The notes under the pieces were generated by a model. The model did no database searches. It had not been told where the DNA came from and saw only the letters and a list, made by a program, of their open reading frames with translations. From NCBI GenBank assembly GCA_958421325.1, contig CATZLO010000002.1:529-64528 (forward strand): 64,000 nt of DNA. The letters run 5' to 3'. The position numbers and the translations under genes were made by a program. Shown here piece after piece: positions 45,977-53,864 of this stretch. How positions within the stretch are numbered: the stretch's first letter is position 1; each line of letters begins with the position of its first letter. Origin of the DNA: an uncultured Bacilli bacterium. GTDB taxonomy: Bacteria > Bacillota_I > Bacilli_A > RF39 > UBA660.

Positions 45977-47970
45977 TGAAATGGGTTGAAGTAGATACCA
46001 AGGTTAAGGGGTATGGTAGAGATATTATTTATGCTAATGAAATGTTTTGGCTTGCTCACTACAATCCTAATGGAATTGCATATAGTAATGATTTAAAAAA
46101 ATGGATTGATATTAAACTAGACGATTCAAAATTTGAATTATCCAATCTTGCATATGGTAATGGGATATTTATAGCGAACGGTTCTTCTGGAACTGAAAAT
46201 AAAACTTATATTGCAATATCTGAGGATGGGATAAACTGGAATTATAAACAATTAGATATTCAAACAACAAGTAAACTTTCTTTAAATATAAATTCTTGTA
46301 AGTTTATAAATAATAGATTTATTTTTATTGCTGGTTTTAGTAGTTATAATACATTAACTAACATAAGGACCAATACAATTTTAATTTATGAAACTTTAGA
46401 TGGGCAAAACATCAATATTCATAAATATATTCATCAAACAATAGGTGATTTAAAATATGGAATAATGGATATAGATTATAATAATAATCTGTATGTATTA
46501 GTAGGCGAAAATGGTTTTATTATAACTTCACCTGATTTAAAATCTTGGACTGTTAGAAATAGTACTGTAAATTGTAAGTTGGTAGGTATAACATATGGAA
46601 GAAACATTTTTGTAATAACAGGTGCTAATGGTACTATTTTAACATCAGAAGATGGTATTAATTGGCATAAACAAAAGTCTGATACATCGGCATATTTAAT
46701 ACGTTCTAGATATGGTAATGGGACTTTTGTTGCAGTAGGATATAATGGTACAATATTAACTTCTATAAATGGTACAGACTGGATAGAAGAGCAAGATAAT
46801 TTTGTTAAAACAATTATGTTTGGCCTTGTTTTTGCTAACAATTACTATGTAGTTTCGGCTGGAAGATACTCATCTACTGATACTATTCCTATAACTTATT
46901 CACAAATTTCAAGAGAATTAACTTATTCTAATGATGAAGCTCTATATATTTTTGATAAAAAGTTAAACTTTTTAGGTGTAATTGATCAATTTATTTCGCT
47001 GAGGTGGAGACGTAAATATTACGAAGCAGGAGAGTTTGAATTAATTGTTGCTCCATATCAAAATAATATTAATTTGTTGTCTAAAAAAGATAATATAATT
47101 ATAAGACAGGATTATAATGAAGCTGCTTTAATTGATACTGTTGAATTTAATGATGATGGCAACAATGTTCAATTAAAAGTATCTGGTAATTTTCTGTCTT
47201 ATTTAACTAAGAGAAGAATTATTCGTAAAATTATAAATTTCAAAGGAAACATAATAGAAGGGCAGAAACAGCTTTTAAGAGAAATGACTGCTTTAACAGA
47301 TGATTTTGAAATAGAACCTACTTCAATAGATAGTAATTATGTTGAATTTCAATGCAGTTACAAAAATGTTTATGAGTATTTATGCAAGTTGTCAAAACTT
47401 TCAAGTGTGGGTTTTAGGATAGTTCCTAATATAGAAAATAAAGTTTATAGATTTGAAAATTTTGTTGGTTTAAATCGTTCTAGTCAACAGAGCCTTAATG
47501 AACGATATGTATTTTCTACAACACATAACAATTTAGAAAAATCTAATTATATAGATACTTTGATAGATAAATGTAATTATGTATTAGTAGGTGGTGTTGG
47601 AGAAGGTACTAGTAGAACTTTAGTAGAGGTTAAAAATGGTGATCATGAAGGTTTTGATTTATTTGAAACTTTTCTTGATGCTAAAAATGAAAGTAATAAT
47701 AATCTTTCATCTTCTGAATATAAAAATGTGCTAGAAACTAAGGGAAAAGAAAAGTTGAATGATGAAACAAAAAATATAGAGTTTACTGCTATATCTAATG
47801 ATTATCGAACTAAATGGGATCTAGGAGATATAGTTGATGTAGAAATTGTTGACTGGAATATAAAAGAAACATTGAGAATTACTGAGGTTGAAGAAACTAT
47901 AGAAAATGGTAAAAGAACCGTATATCCTACGTTCGGACAACCTCTGGCTGAAAAAATAGAATTAGATTAA
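45976..47970 (+). CDS. Tail-associated protein: N-terminal Asp-box/beta-propeller-like repeats fused to a Sipho_Gp37-like domain
   Basis: Repeated S/T-x-D/N-G-x-x-W units (SEDGINWNY, SPDLKSWTV, SEDGINWHK, SINGTDWIE). C-terminal half has ..LYIFDKKLNFLGVIDQFISLRWRRKYYEAGEFELIVAP.. Confidence 0.6.
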   Translation: MKWVEVDTKVKGYGRDIIYANEMFWLAHYNPNGIAYSNDLKKWIDIKLDDSKFELSNLAYGNGIFIANGSSGTENKTYIAISEDGINWNYKQLDIQTTSKLSLNINSCKFINNRFIFIAGFSSYNTLTNIRTNTILIYETLDGQNINIHKYIHQTIGDLKYGIMDIDYNNNLYVLVGENGFIITSPDLKSWTVRNSTVNCKLVGITYGRNIFVITGANGTILTSEDGINWHKQKSDTSAYLIRSRYGNGTFVAVGYNGTILTSINGTDWIEEQDNFVKTIMFGLVFANNYYVVSAGRYSSTDTIPITYSQISRELTYSNDEALYIFDKKLNFLGVIDQFISLRWRRKYYEAGEFELIVAPYQNNINLLSKKDNIIIRQDYNEAALIDTVEFNDDGNNVQLKVSGNFLSYLTKRRIIRKIINFKGNIIEGQKQLLREMTALTDDFEIEPTSIDSNYVEFQCSYKNVYEYLCKLSKLSSVGFRIVPNIENKVYRFENFVGLNRSSQQSLNERYVFSTTHNNLEKSNYIDTLIDKCNYVLVGGVGEGTSRTLVEVKNGDHEGFDLFETFLDAKNESNNNLSSSEYKNVLETKGKEKLNDETKNIEFTAISNDYRTKWDLGDIVDVEIVDWNIKETLRITEVEETIENGKRTVYPTFGQPLAEKIELD

Positions 47971-47984
47971 GGTGGTGAAATAAA

Positions 47985-48659
47985 ATGGAAGAATCAGGAT
48001 TTTTTGCTTCTATAAAAGGAGATAGAAAATATAAGAGTGACTTAATAGCCACTTTTTTTTCTAAATTATTTACTAATGGTGTTTTTAATAATGAATTGCA
48101 AGTACAAGCTAATAACGATATGACAGTAACTTTAAAGTCTGGAATAGCTTTTATTAATGGCTACTTTTATAATAACACAATTGATAAAGTAATTAATATT
48201 AGTTTGTCGGATACAGAACAATCTAGAATTGATAGTGTTGTATTAAGGCTTTCTAAGGAAAATAGACAGATAATAGTGGATGTTCTAGAAGGTGCATATG
48301 CTGATAATCCAGTAGTTCCAGAACTTACGAGAAATTCAAACATATATGAGTTGAGATTATGCAATATTCTAGTTAACAAACAAGCTGATAGCATAACACC
48401 AGCAATGATAGAAGATTGTAGATTTAATTCAACTGATTGTGGTCAAGTAATATCAGCAGTACAACAATTAGATACTACAGAAATATTTGCTCAATATCAA
48501 GCAGTTTTTGAGGATTTATTTGAACAGATGAAAGGAATATTGAGCGGAGATGTAGTGGGAGAACTACTTGTTGAAATAAATAATATAAAGAATAAAATGG
48601 TTAGTCTTGGCACTTGTACTGATGAAGAATTAGAAGCAGCAATTGCCGAAAGTGATTAA
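47985..48659 (+). CDS. Hypothetical baseplate/tail-fibre-associated protein
   Basis: Position only. Confidence 0.4.
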   Translation: MEESGFFASIKGDRKYKSDLIATFFSKLFTNGVFNNELQVQANNDMTVTLKSGIAFINGYFYNNTIDKVINISLSDTEQSRIDSVVLRLSKENRQIIVDVLEGAYADNPVVPELTRNSNIYELRLCNILVNKQADSITPAMIEDCRFNSTDCGQVISAVQQLDTTEIFAQYQAVFEDLFEQMKGILSGDVVGELLVEINNIKNKMVSLGTCTDEELEAAIAESD

Positions 48660-48710
48660 TTTAAATAAGAAAGGAATGTGATAAATATGACAATAAAACA
48701 AATATTCGTA

Positions 48711-48718
48711 GGGGGGGG
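48711..48718. repeat. G8 homopolymer tract
   Basis: gggggggg within the tiny ORF 48687-48797, upstream of the tail-tip gene triplet. Confidence 0.9.
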
Positions 48719-48789
48719 CTTTATTGGCTTAACTCCTCTTATGAAAGGAGAGGTACTAATGAATAATTATCTCTCAAAAGAGGTGGACT

Positions 48790-49215
48790 ATGAGTAATAG
48801 TGCGCTTAAAGATAAAGAAGGAACTATCCTTAATCCTAAAATACCGAGGTATGAAAAACTGATTGCTGTCGAACTCTATAACAATCCAGATGGGGTTGCT
48901 AAAGATATTGATTTAAATGATTCACTTGCTAATTATAAATATATAGAAATTTATTATACTAATCCAACTTTTGATATATTTGACAGTTCTAGAATTGATG
49001 AGCCTAACGGAAAGAAGACATCTTTAACTGTCGCTATGAGATATTCTGAAGGTGGTAACTACTACACTTATTTTAAAGATGTTTCTTTTAGTGGTAATAA
49101 AATAATTAATTTATTTGGTGGCTATTATGCAGTTAAACCTGATGGTAGTATTGAATATTTCAATAATAATAACTATATATCGATTACAAAGGTGCTAGGA
49201 TATAAGAAAACATAA
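48790..49215 (+). CDS. Tail-tip/receptor-binding candidate 1 (141 aa)
   Basis: Shares the N-terminal LKDK(E/D)..ILNPKIPRYE.L with the next gene. Position in the fibre region. Confidence 0.45.
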   Translation: MSNSALKDKEGTILNPKIPRYEKLIAVELYNNPDGVAKDIDLNDSLANYKYIEIYYTNPTFDIFDSSRIDEPNGKKTSLTVAMRYSEGGNYYTYFKDVSFSGNKIINLFGGYYAVKPDGSIEYFNNNNYISITKVLGYKKT

Positions 49216-49252
49216 TACTCGTGGTTGATCGTTAAGTTAAAAAACAAAATAT

Positions 49253-49675
49253 ATGAATGAAGTATTAAAAGATAAAGATGATGAAATATTAAATCCAAAA
49301 ATACCAAGATATGAAGAATTAAAATATAATCTTAAAACAAATGGCAGTCCAGTAAAAACAGGACGAAAGGTTGATGGAAAAGATGAGTATATAAAAAGAA
49401 TAGGTATAGCTCAATTACCAAATGCAAGTGCCCTAGAAGTAAATACTGGTTTAAATATTAATGAAATAGTTGTAACAAGTATTGAATGTTTGGCTTATAG
49501 AAGTAGTGATAAAACATATATTCCTGTTCCTTTTATAAGTATGGCAAATAGTAATATTGGTCTGAATACAAAAGTCAATAGTAATATATTATATCTTTTA
49601 ATTGAAACTACAATTGATAGGTCAAATTTTAGTGGTTGGGCTGAAATAAAGTTTATATATAATTCTAATAGTTGA
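49253..49675 (+). CDS. Tail-tip/receptor-binding candidate 2 (140 aa)
   Basis: N-terminus is paralogous to candidate 1. Body is paralogous to candidate 3 (G..DGK..Y.K.I....LPN). Confidence 0.45.
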   Translation: MNEVLKDKDDEILNPKIPRYEELKYNLKTNGSPVKTGRKVDGKDEYIKRIGIAQLPNASALEVNTGLNINEIVVTSIECLAYRSSDKTYIPVPFISMANSNIGLNTKVNSNILYLLIETTIDRSNFSGWAEIKFIYNSNS

Positions 49676-49702
49676 GAGGGAATAAAATGGTTAGCCAATT
49701 GT

Positions 49703-50118
49703 ATGGCACAACACAATATATTAAAAAAAGGAAATAATATCCTAGTAGTTGATAATCCTAACAAAGAATATGAAAAATTAAAATTATATTCCAAAGAGGA
49801 AATAATTATTGGCAAATGGTTTGATGGAAAAAAATTATATAGGAAAATAGTAGATTTTGGCTCTTTTCCAAGCAATGGTCAAAGACAGTAAATCATAATA
49901 TATTAAATTTGAGCGAAATATGTTGGTTTAATTATAGTTGGTATGATACAGCTGATAATATATATTTTAATGGTCCTAGAATTGATAGTTCAGGTATTAT
50001 ATGTAAACTTGCAATTAATTATACATCATTGATTATTGAAGTTTTAGGCAATGTGGCTTGGGCAGATAGAACAACAGGAGGTAAATGTATTATTTATTAT
50101 ACTAAAACAGCTGATTAA
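49703..50118 (+). pseudogene. Tail-tip/receptor-binding candidate 3, split by a -1 frame change near 49878
   Basis: Frame 1 ends ..DFGSFPSNGQRQ* (49889-49891). The -1 frame, open from 49843, continues SKTVNHNILNLSEICWFNYSWYD.. to 50118. No slippery run at the switch point. Confidence 0.5.
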
Positions 50119-50128
50119 AGGAGGAACA

Positions 50129-50737
50129 ATGAATGAAATAATAGAAACAGCTAAAGAATTAGGCTTATTTATTGCAGAGATAATAATAGCCTTATTTGCA
50201 TGTAAAAAGTATCTAAATCAATACTTTAAAAAGACCAATGTAGGCAAAATGCTACCAAAACAGAATAAGTTAGATCTAGAAATCTTAAATAAATTAGAGT
50301 ATGTAAAAGAAATTTTAAATGCTGATAGGATTCATGTGTACGAGTTTCATAATGGAGAACATTATTCAGATAATAGACCTGCTTATAAATTTTCTTGCAC
50401 CTATGAAGTCTATAAAGCTGGTAATAAACCCATTCAGCAACAATGTAAAGGTATTGCTACAAATTGTATGCCACAATTTATTGATAGAATTACAGAAGAA
50501 GGTAAATTTGTATGTAAAGATATAGAAGAATTAAAAGAAACTATGCCAAGTACTTATAACTTTAAGAGGAGCATAGAAATTAATTCTTTTTATGATATAG
50601 CAATTCACAACAAAGAAGGTAATATTATAGGCTTTGTTGCTATTCATTGGTTTAATAAAAACAATATGGAAGTAGATAAAGATGTAATTAATCAACTAGT
50701 TTGGTATGTAGAAGAACATCTTATCAATTCCAAATAA
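50129..50737 (+). CDS. Hypothetical protein with N-terminal TM helix
   Basis: ATG 50129 follows AAGGAGGAAC. No family recognised. Confidence 0.4.
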   Translation: MNEIIETAKELGLFIAEIIIALFACKKYLNQYFKKTNVGKMLPKQNKLDLEILNKLEYVKEILNADRIHVYEFHNGEHYSDNRPAYKFSCTYEVYKAGNKPIQQQCKGIATNCMPQFIDRITEEGKFVCKDIEELKETMPSTYNFKRSIEINSFYDIAIHNKEGNIIGFVAIHWFNKNNMEVDKDVINQLVWYVEEHLINSK

Positions 50738-50756
50738 GAGAGGAGGATAGATAAAT

Positions 50757-51005
50757 ATGGAAATAACTTACGTGATCATAATAGCAATAGTTGCTTACAT
50801 TTGTGGTGCTATTACTAAAATGTTTATTGAGAATGTACCTAATAAATATATACCTATTCAAAATGTAGCAGTGGGAATTGTGAGTGCATTAATTTGTTAT
50901 TTTACAGGTATTGAGCCAAACCTATTACAAGCATTGGTATTATGTATTGTAGCAACTATGGGTGCTGGTGGAATAGCAGATTTAATTAATATTAAAAATA
51001 AGTAG
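50757..51005 (+). CDS. Holin
   Basis: 82 aa, three hydrophobic segments. Lies just upstream of the lysis enzyme. Confidence 0.6.
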   Translation: MEITYVIIIAIVAYICGAITKMFIENVPNKYIPIQNVAVGIVSALICYFTGIEPNLLQALVLCIVATMGAGGIADLINIKNK

Positions 51006-51020
51006 AGGAGGTAAAAATAA

Positions 51021-51293
51021 ATGAAAAATGATGAAATGTTAGATCTATGTAAAGAAGTTGTTGTTAATTACTTTAATGATAATGTTGATAAAACAGATGG
51101 ATTAAAAATTAATAAAGATAATGTTTTCATTGTGTGGTTTTCTAAGACATTACAAAACTTTAAAGCATTAGTAAGTACTACTGTAAGTGACGGAATGTAC
51201 TATGAACTTACTTATAACGGTGATAAGCAAGAGCTTTATTTAGATGCTTATAAAAAATGGGAAAATAAATGTATTAAAGTAGAGGAGGAATAA
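51021..51293 (+). CDS. Hypothetical protein
   Basis: RBS GAGGAGG upstream. Confidence 0.4.
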   Translation: MKNDEMLDLCKEVVVNYFNDNVDKTDGLKINKDNVFIVWFSKTLQNFKALVSTTVSDGMYYELTYNGDKQELYLDAYKKWENKCIKVEEE

Positions 51294-51296
51294 TAT

Positions 51297-51398
51297 ATGG
51301 CAACATTTAAAGAAGGTACAAGCCTTCCAAAAGAAGAAGCTAATTTAGAAGAAGTAAAAAATGGAATAGCTGAAGATGGAAAAGGAAGTGATGAATAA
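51297..51398 (+). CDS. Small acidic ORF (33 aa), below the track threshold
   Basis: ATG follows GAGGAGGAA. Its stop overlaps the endolysin ATG (TAATG). Confidence 0.3.
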   Translation: MATFKEGTSLPKEEANLEEVKNGIAEDGKGSDE

Positions 51399-52294
51399 TG
51401 GAAATAATCGAAATGCTAGCACCACTTGGCTATAATTGTAGATCTGGAATTTCTAGGCCTGGTTTTAAAGGTATTTCAATTCATAATACTTCTAATTGGA
51501 ATAAAGGAGCAAATGCAATAGCTCACGCAAATTTATTAAGAGGTTCTTGGAAAAACAATTATACTTCTTGGAATTATGTAGTAGATCAAGATCGAGCAGT
51601 TAGATGCGTTCCTGAAAATGAAGTTGCATGGTGTCAAGGGGACGGCAGAGGAGATGGAAATATGAAAACTATTTCTATTGAAATTTGTGATAATTCTGAT
51701 GGCGATATTAAAAAAGCAACTGATAATGCAGTAGAGCTTTGTGCTGAAATTTTAAAAAGATATGGTGTAAAAAATGCAAGTAGTTATTTATTTCAACACA
51801 ATCATTGGACTGGTAAAGACTGCCCTTACGATATAAGAAGAGGAAATCCTTATGACTGGAACACTTTTGTTTCTAAAGTACAAGAAAAATTAAATGGAAG
51901 TTCATCTAGTATTAGTAATAGTGCAGATCAAGTGTTAACAGTAGGATCTAAAGTAAGATTCAACGGAGTATTCAAAGTAAATGAATTAATACTTCCTAAC
52001 AACAAATATCCTAATGGAGCTATTGGATGTTATGTGACTTGCTATGGTTCTCCTTGTGGGGTTGATGATTATATTCCGAGTGGACCTATTGCTAAATGTG
52101 ATGCTAATGGAAATAATGCTAACTATAATGCAATTCTAAAAAATGGAGATTATTGGAAATGTGATAAAGAGTTCACAGTAATAGGAATAGAATTACCTAC
52201 TAAATATCTAAAGAATGGAGTAGCAATACTAGAAGCAGACGGTGTAAGATTTAGATGTGATTGCGGTCCTTTATATGAAGTATCTAATAATTAA
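51398..52294 (+). CDS. Endolysin: N-acetylmuramoyl-L-alanine amidase (Amidase_2/PGRP) with C-terminal binding domain
   Basis: GISIHNT..AHANLL..SWNYVVDQDRAV.CVPE..AWCQGDG..ISIEICDN. Confidence 0.85.
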   Translation: MEIIEMLAPLGYNCRSGISRPGFKGISIHNTSNWNKGANAIAHANLLRGSWKNNYTSWNYVVDQDRAVRCVPENEVAWCQGDGRGDGNMKTISIEICDNSDGDIKKATDNAVELCAEILKRYGVKNASSYLFQHNHWTGKDCPYDIRRGNPYDWNTFVSKVQEKLNGSSSSISNSADQVLTVGSKVRFNGVFKVNELILPNNKYPNGAIGCYVTCYGSPCGVDDYIPSGPIAKCDANGNNANYNAILKNGDYWKCDKEFTVIGIELPTKYLKNGVAILEADGVRFRCDCGPLYEVSNN

Positions 52295-52329
52295 AAGGTA
52301 GAGTCTTAATTGGCTCTACCTGTTTTTTT
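52293..52329. terminator. Bidirectional terminator between the endolysin and the convergent moron operon
   Basis: GGTAGAG (52297-52303) / CTCTACC (52314-52320), flanked by AAAA and TTTTTTT. Confidence 0.7.
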
Positions 52330-52341
52330 ATGTTAAACTTT

Positions 52342-52794
52342 TTATTTATAATTACTGATTAGTTCTTCGTAATCTTTATAAGTAATATATCCATCTGCTA
52401 CTTGCTCATCTTTATCATCAAATACTGATATGTAAGCATAAGTATGGTCATCTAATACTGTAGTATTAAAGCTACCATCTTCTAACTCATAATATTTTTC
52501 TAATAATGTATCTTGAGTAGAGTAGTGACCTGCAGAGAAGTCTTCTCTAAAATTTTCTTTCTCTTCTACTTCATTTCTTTTTAAAAAGTTAATTACATCA
52601 AATTTATTCATCATAATCTTTATTCCTTTCTTAAATTCATAAATACTTTGTTTTAGAAAGTCTGTTTTTGTTATATTTTCTCTTTCTAAAAGTTTATCTA
52701 AGCTTTCTTTTTCTTCAATTTTTAACTTTGCTTTAAATTGACTATAATGTTCTTTTTCATAATTATTGTCATATTCTCTTTTATTAAAAGCCAT
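52342..52794 (-). CDS. Hypothetical protein (basic N-terminal helix region, acidic C-terminal half)
   Basis: Second gene of the minus-strand operon at the prophage right end. Confidence 0.4.
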   Translation of the reverse strand: MAFNKREYDNNYEKEHYSQFKAKLKIEEKESLDKLLERENITKTDFLKQSIYEFKKGIKIMMNKFDVINFLKRNEVEEKENFREDFSAGHYSTQDTLLEKYYELEDGSFNTTVLDDHTYAYISVFDDKDEQVADGYITYKDYEELISNYK

Positions 52795-52796
52795 AT

Positions 52797-53075
52797 TTAC
52801 ACCTCACTTTTAAAGAAATTCTCTTTTTCTTCATAATCTAAGTCTCTAAATTCTTTAACACTTATACTCTTTAAAGTATTCCAGTTATAATTATCTTCAT
52901 CTTCTGTAGTTACTTTAGATAGAGTATACACATGCTCTTTATTAACCTTATACATATAACTACTTTCATCTTCTAAAGTCTTCCTTAAATCTTCTAATGC
53001 TTCTTCATAACTATTATATTCATTACCTCCGTTGAAACTTCCTTCTTCTTCTACTACATAAAATTCTCTTTCCAT
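52797..53075 (-). CDS. Small strongly acidic protein
   Basis: ATG 53075 follows GAGGAAGG (the track ORF starts at 53105). E/D-rich 92-aa product. Confidence 0.4.
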   Translation of the reverse strand: MEREFYVVEEEGSFNGGNEYNSYEEALEDLRKTLEDESSYMYKVNKEHVYTLSKVTTEDEDNYNWNTLKSISVKEFRDLDYEEKENFFKSEV

Positions 53076-53108
53076 TTTTCCTTCCTCACTTTCTAAATTT
53101 CTCATAAT

Positions 53109-53230
53109 TTGACAAGTGATAATTTTCTATGTTATATTATTAGCGAAGAGGAGCATTAGCTCCATCTTCTCGAATGTTTAGTGACTTTATGTTTTCGGTT
53201 TATCTGAAAATGTAAGGTCACTTTTATTTT
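53109..53230 (+). ncRNA. Candidate antisense sRNA (promoter to intrinsic terminator)
   Basis: TTGACA (53109-53114), 18 nt, TATATT (53133-53138). 17-bp stem 53180-53196 / 53206-53222 (3 G-U pairs), then TTTATTTT. No plus-strand ORF. Confidence 0.45.
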
Positions 53231-53254
53231 CCATAATACTATAGAAAATTTCAC
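53156..53254 (-). CDS. Small basic ORF (32 aa) at the head of the moron operon
   Basis: AAAGGAGGA, 6 nt, GTG. Product MKFSIVLWKIKVTLHFQINRKHKVTKHSRRWS. Almost fully overlapped by the antisense candidate. Confidence 0.3.
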   Translation of the reverse strand: MKFSIVLWKIKVTLHFQINRKHKVTKHSRRWS

Positions 53255-53278
53255 TTTTCTTCCTCCTTTCATGATAAT

Positions 53279-53308
53279 AGTATACAACAACTAGGTACCT
53301 AGTGTCAA
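53279..53308 (-). promoter_or_regulatory. Promoter of the moron operon with a 12-bp palindrome in the spacer
   Basis: Minus strand: TTGACA (53308-53303), 18-nt spacer containing CTAGGTACCTAG (53291-53302), TATACT (53284-53279). Confidence 0.5.
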
Positions 53309-53569
53309 TAAGTTTTTAGAAAAATGTTGATTTTTTTTAAAATTTATTTTATACTCTAATTACTTTATAATATTTGATTCAGACAAATTGATTAAAGTGA
53401 TACAGTGCTACAATTGTTCTTTTTAATTCTATGTCTTCTTAAATGGTTGTAGCGAGTTGTGTTTTTCCAATATTATATTAATTGACAGAGTCATATGAAT
53501 ATAGCTCACCCCTAAAAAAATAACTAGGTCTATAACCTAGTTTTCTTTATATAATGGTATGCCTTTTTG

Positions 53570-53596
53570 TAGTACTAACTAATAAAAGCCTCCAGG
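53570..53596. other. attR of the prophage (phage arm TAGTACTAACTAA-TAAAAG plus core CCTCCAGG)
   Basis: Exact inverted copy of the attL arm. Identical 8-bp core. Confidence 0.75.
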
Positions 53597-53782
53597 ATTT
53601 TGATAAACCATTTTAGTAATAGTATTTATATTTCTAAAAGTATAGCAGTTAGCAAGTACTCTATTTACGCCAACATTACCTACCATAAGCATACCGTATT
53701 CTCCTTCGCCTACTGCTTCGGCTCGCATTAGTCTTGCTAATAAATCTAATTCTTTACTTGTATATTGAACTACTTGAGACAT
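53589..53782 (-). pseudogene. cwlJ: cwlJ, N-terminal fragment
   Basis: MSQVVQYTSKELDLLARLMRAEAVGEGEYGMLMVGNVGVNRVLANCYTFRNINTITKMVYQNPGGF, then phage-derived Y*. The LARLxRAEA.GEG..GM..VGNV..NR block is typical of CwlJ/SleB. Confidence 0.8.
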
Positions 53783-53864
53783 ATAATCACCTAATATAAT
53801 TTATGATTTTTATAGTAAATTGTTCTACTAAGTATTAGTAAACTGTGGTAAAATTAATGTAGAG

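Larger units (their letters stand above)
20588..53588. mobile_element. Complete-looking temperate siphovirus-type prophage (cos/HNH packaging, HK97-like head), about 33 kb
   Basis: Bounded by the split cwlJ halves. Ordered modules: integrase, Ltp, ImmA/CI/Cro, replication, early small ORFs, late regulator, HNH, terminase, portal, protease, capsid, tail, holin, amidase, morons. Confidence 0.85.

Noticed and set aside
48687-48797. The idea that G8 tract slippage fuses the small ORF to the downstream tail-tip gene.
   Set aside because: Both the G7 and G9 frames hit stop codons (48730-48732 and 48764-48766) before reaching 48790.
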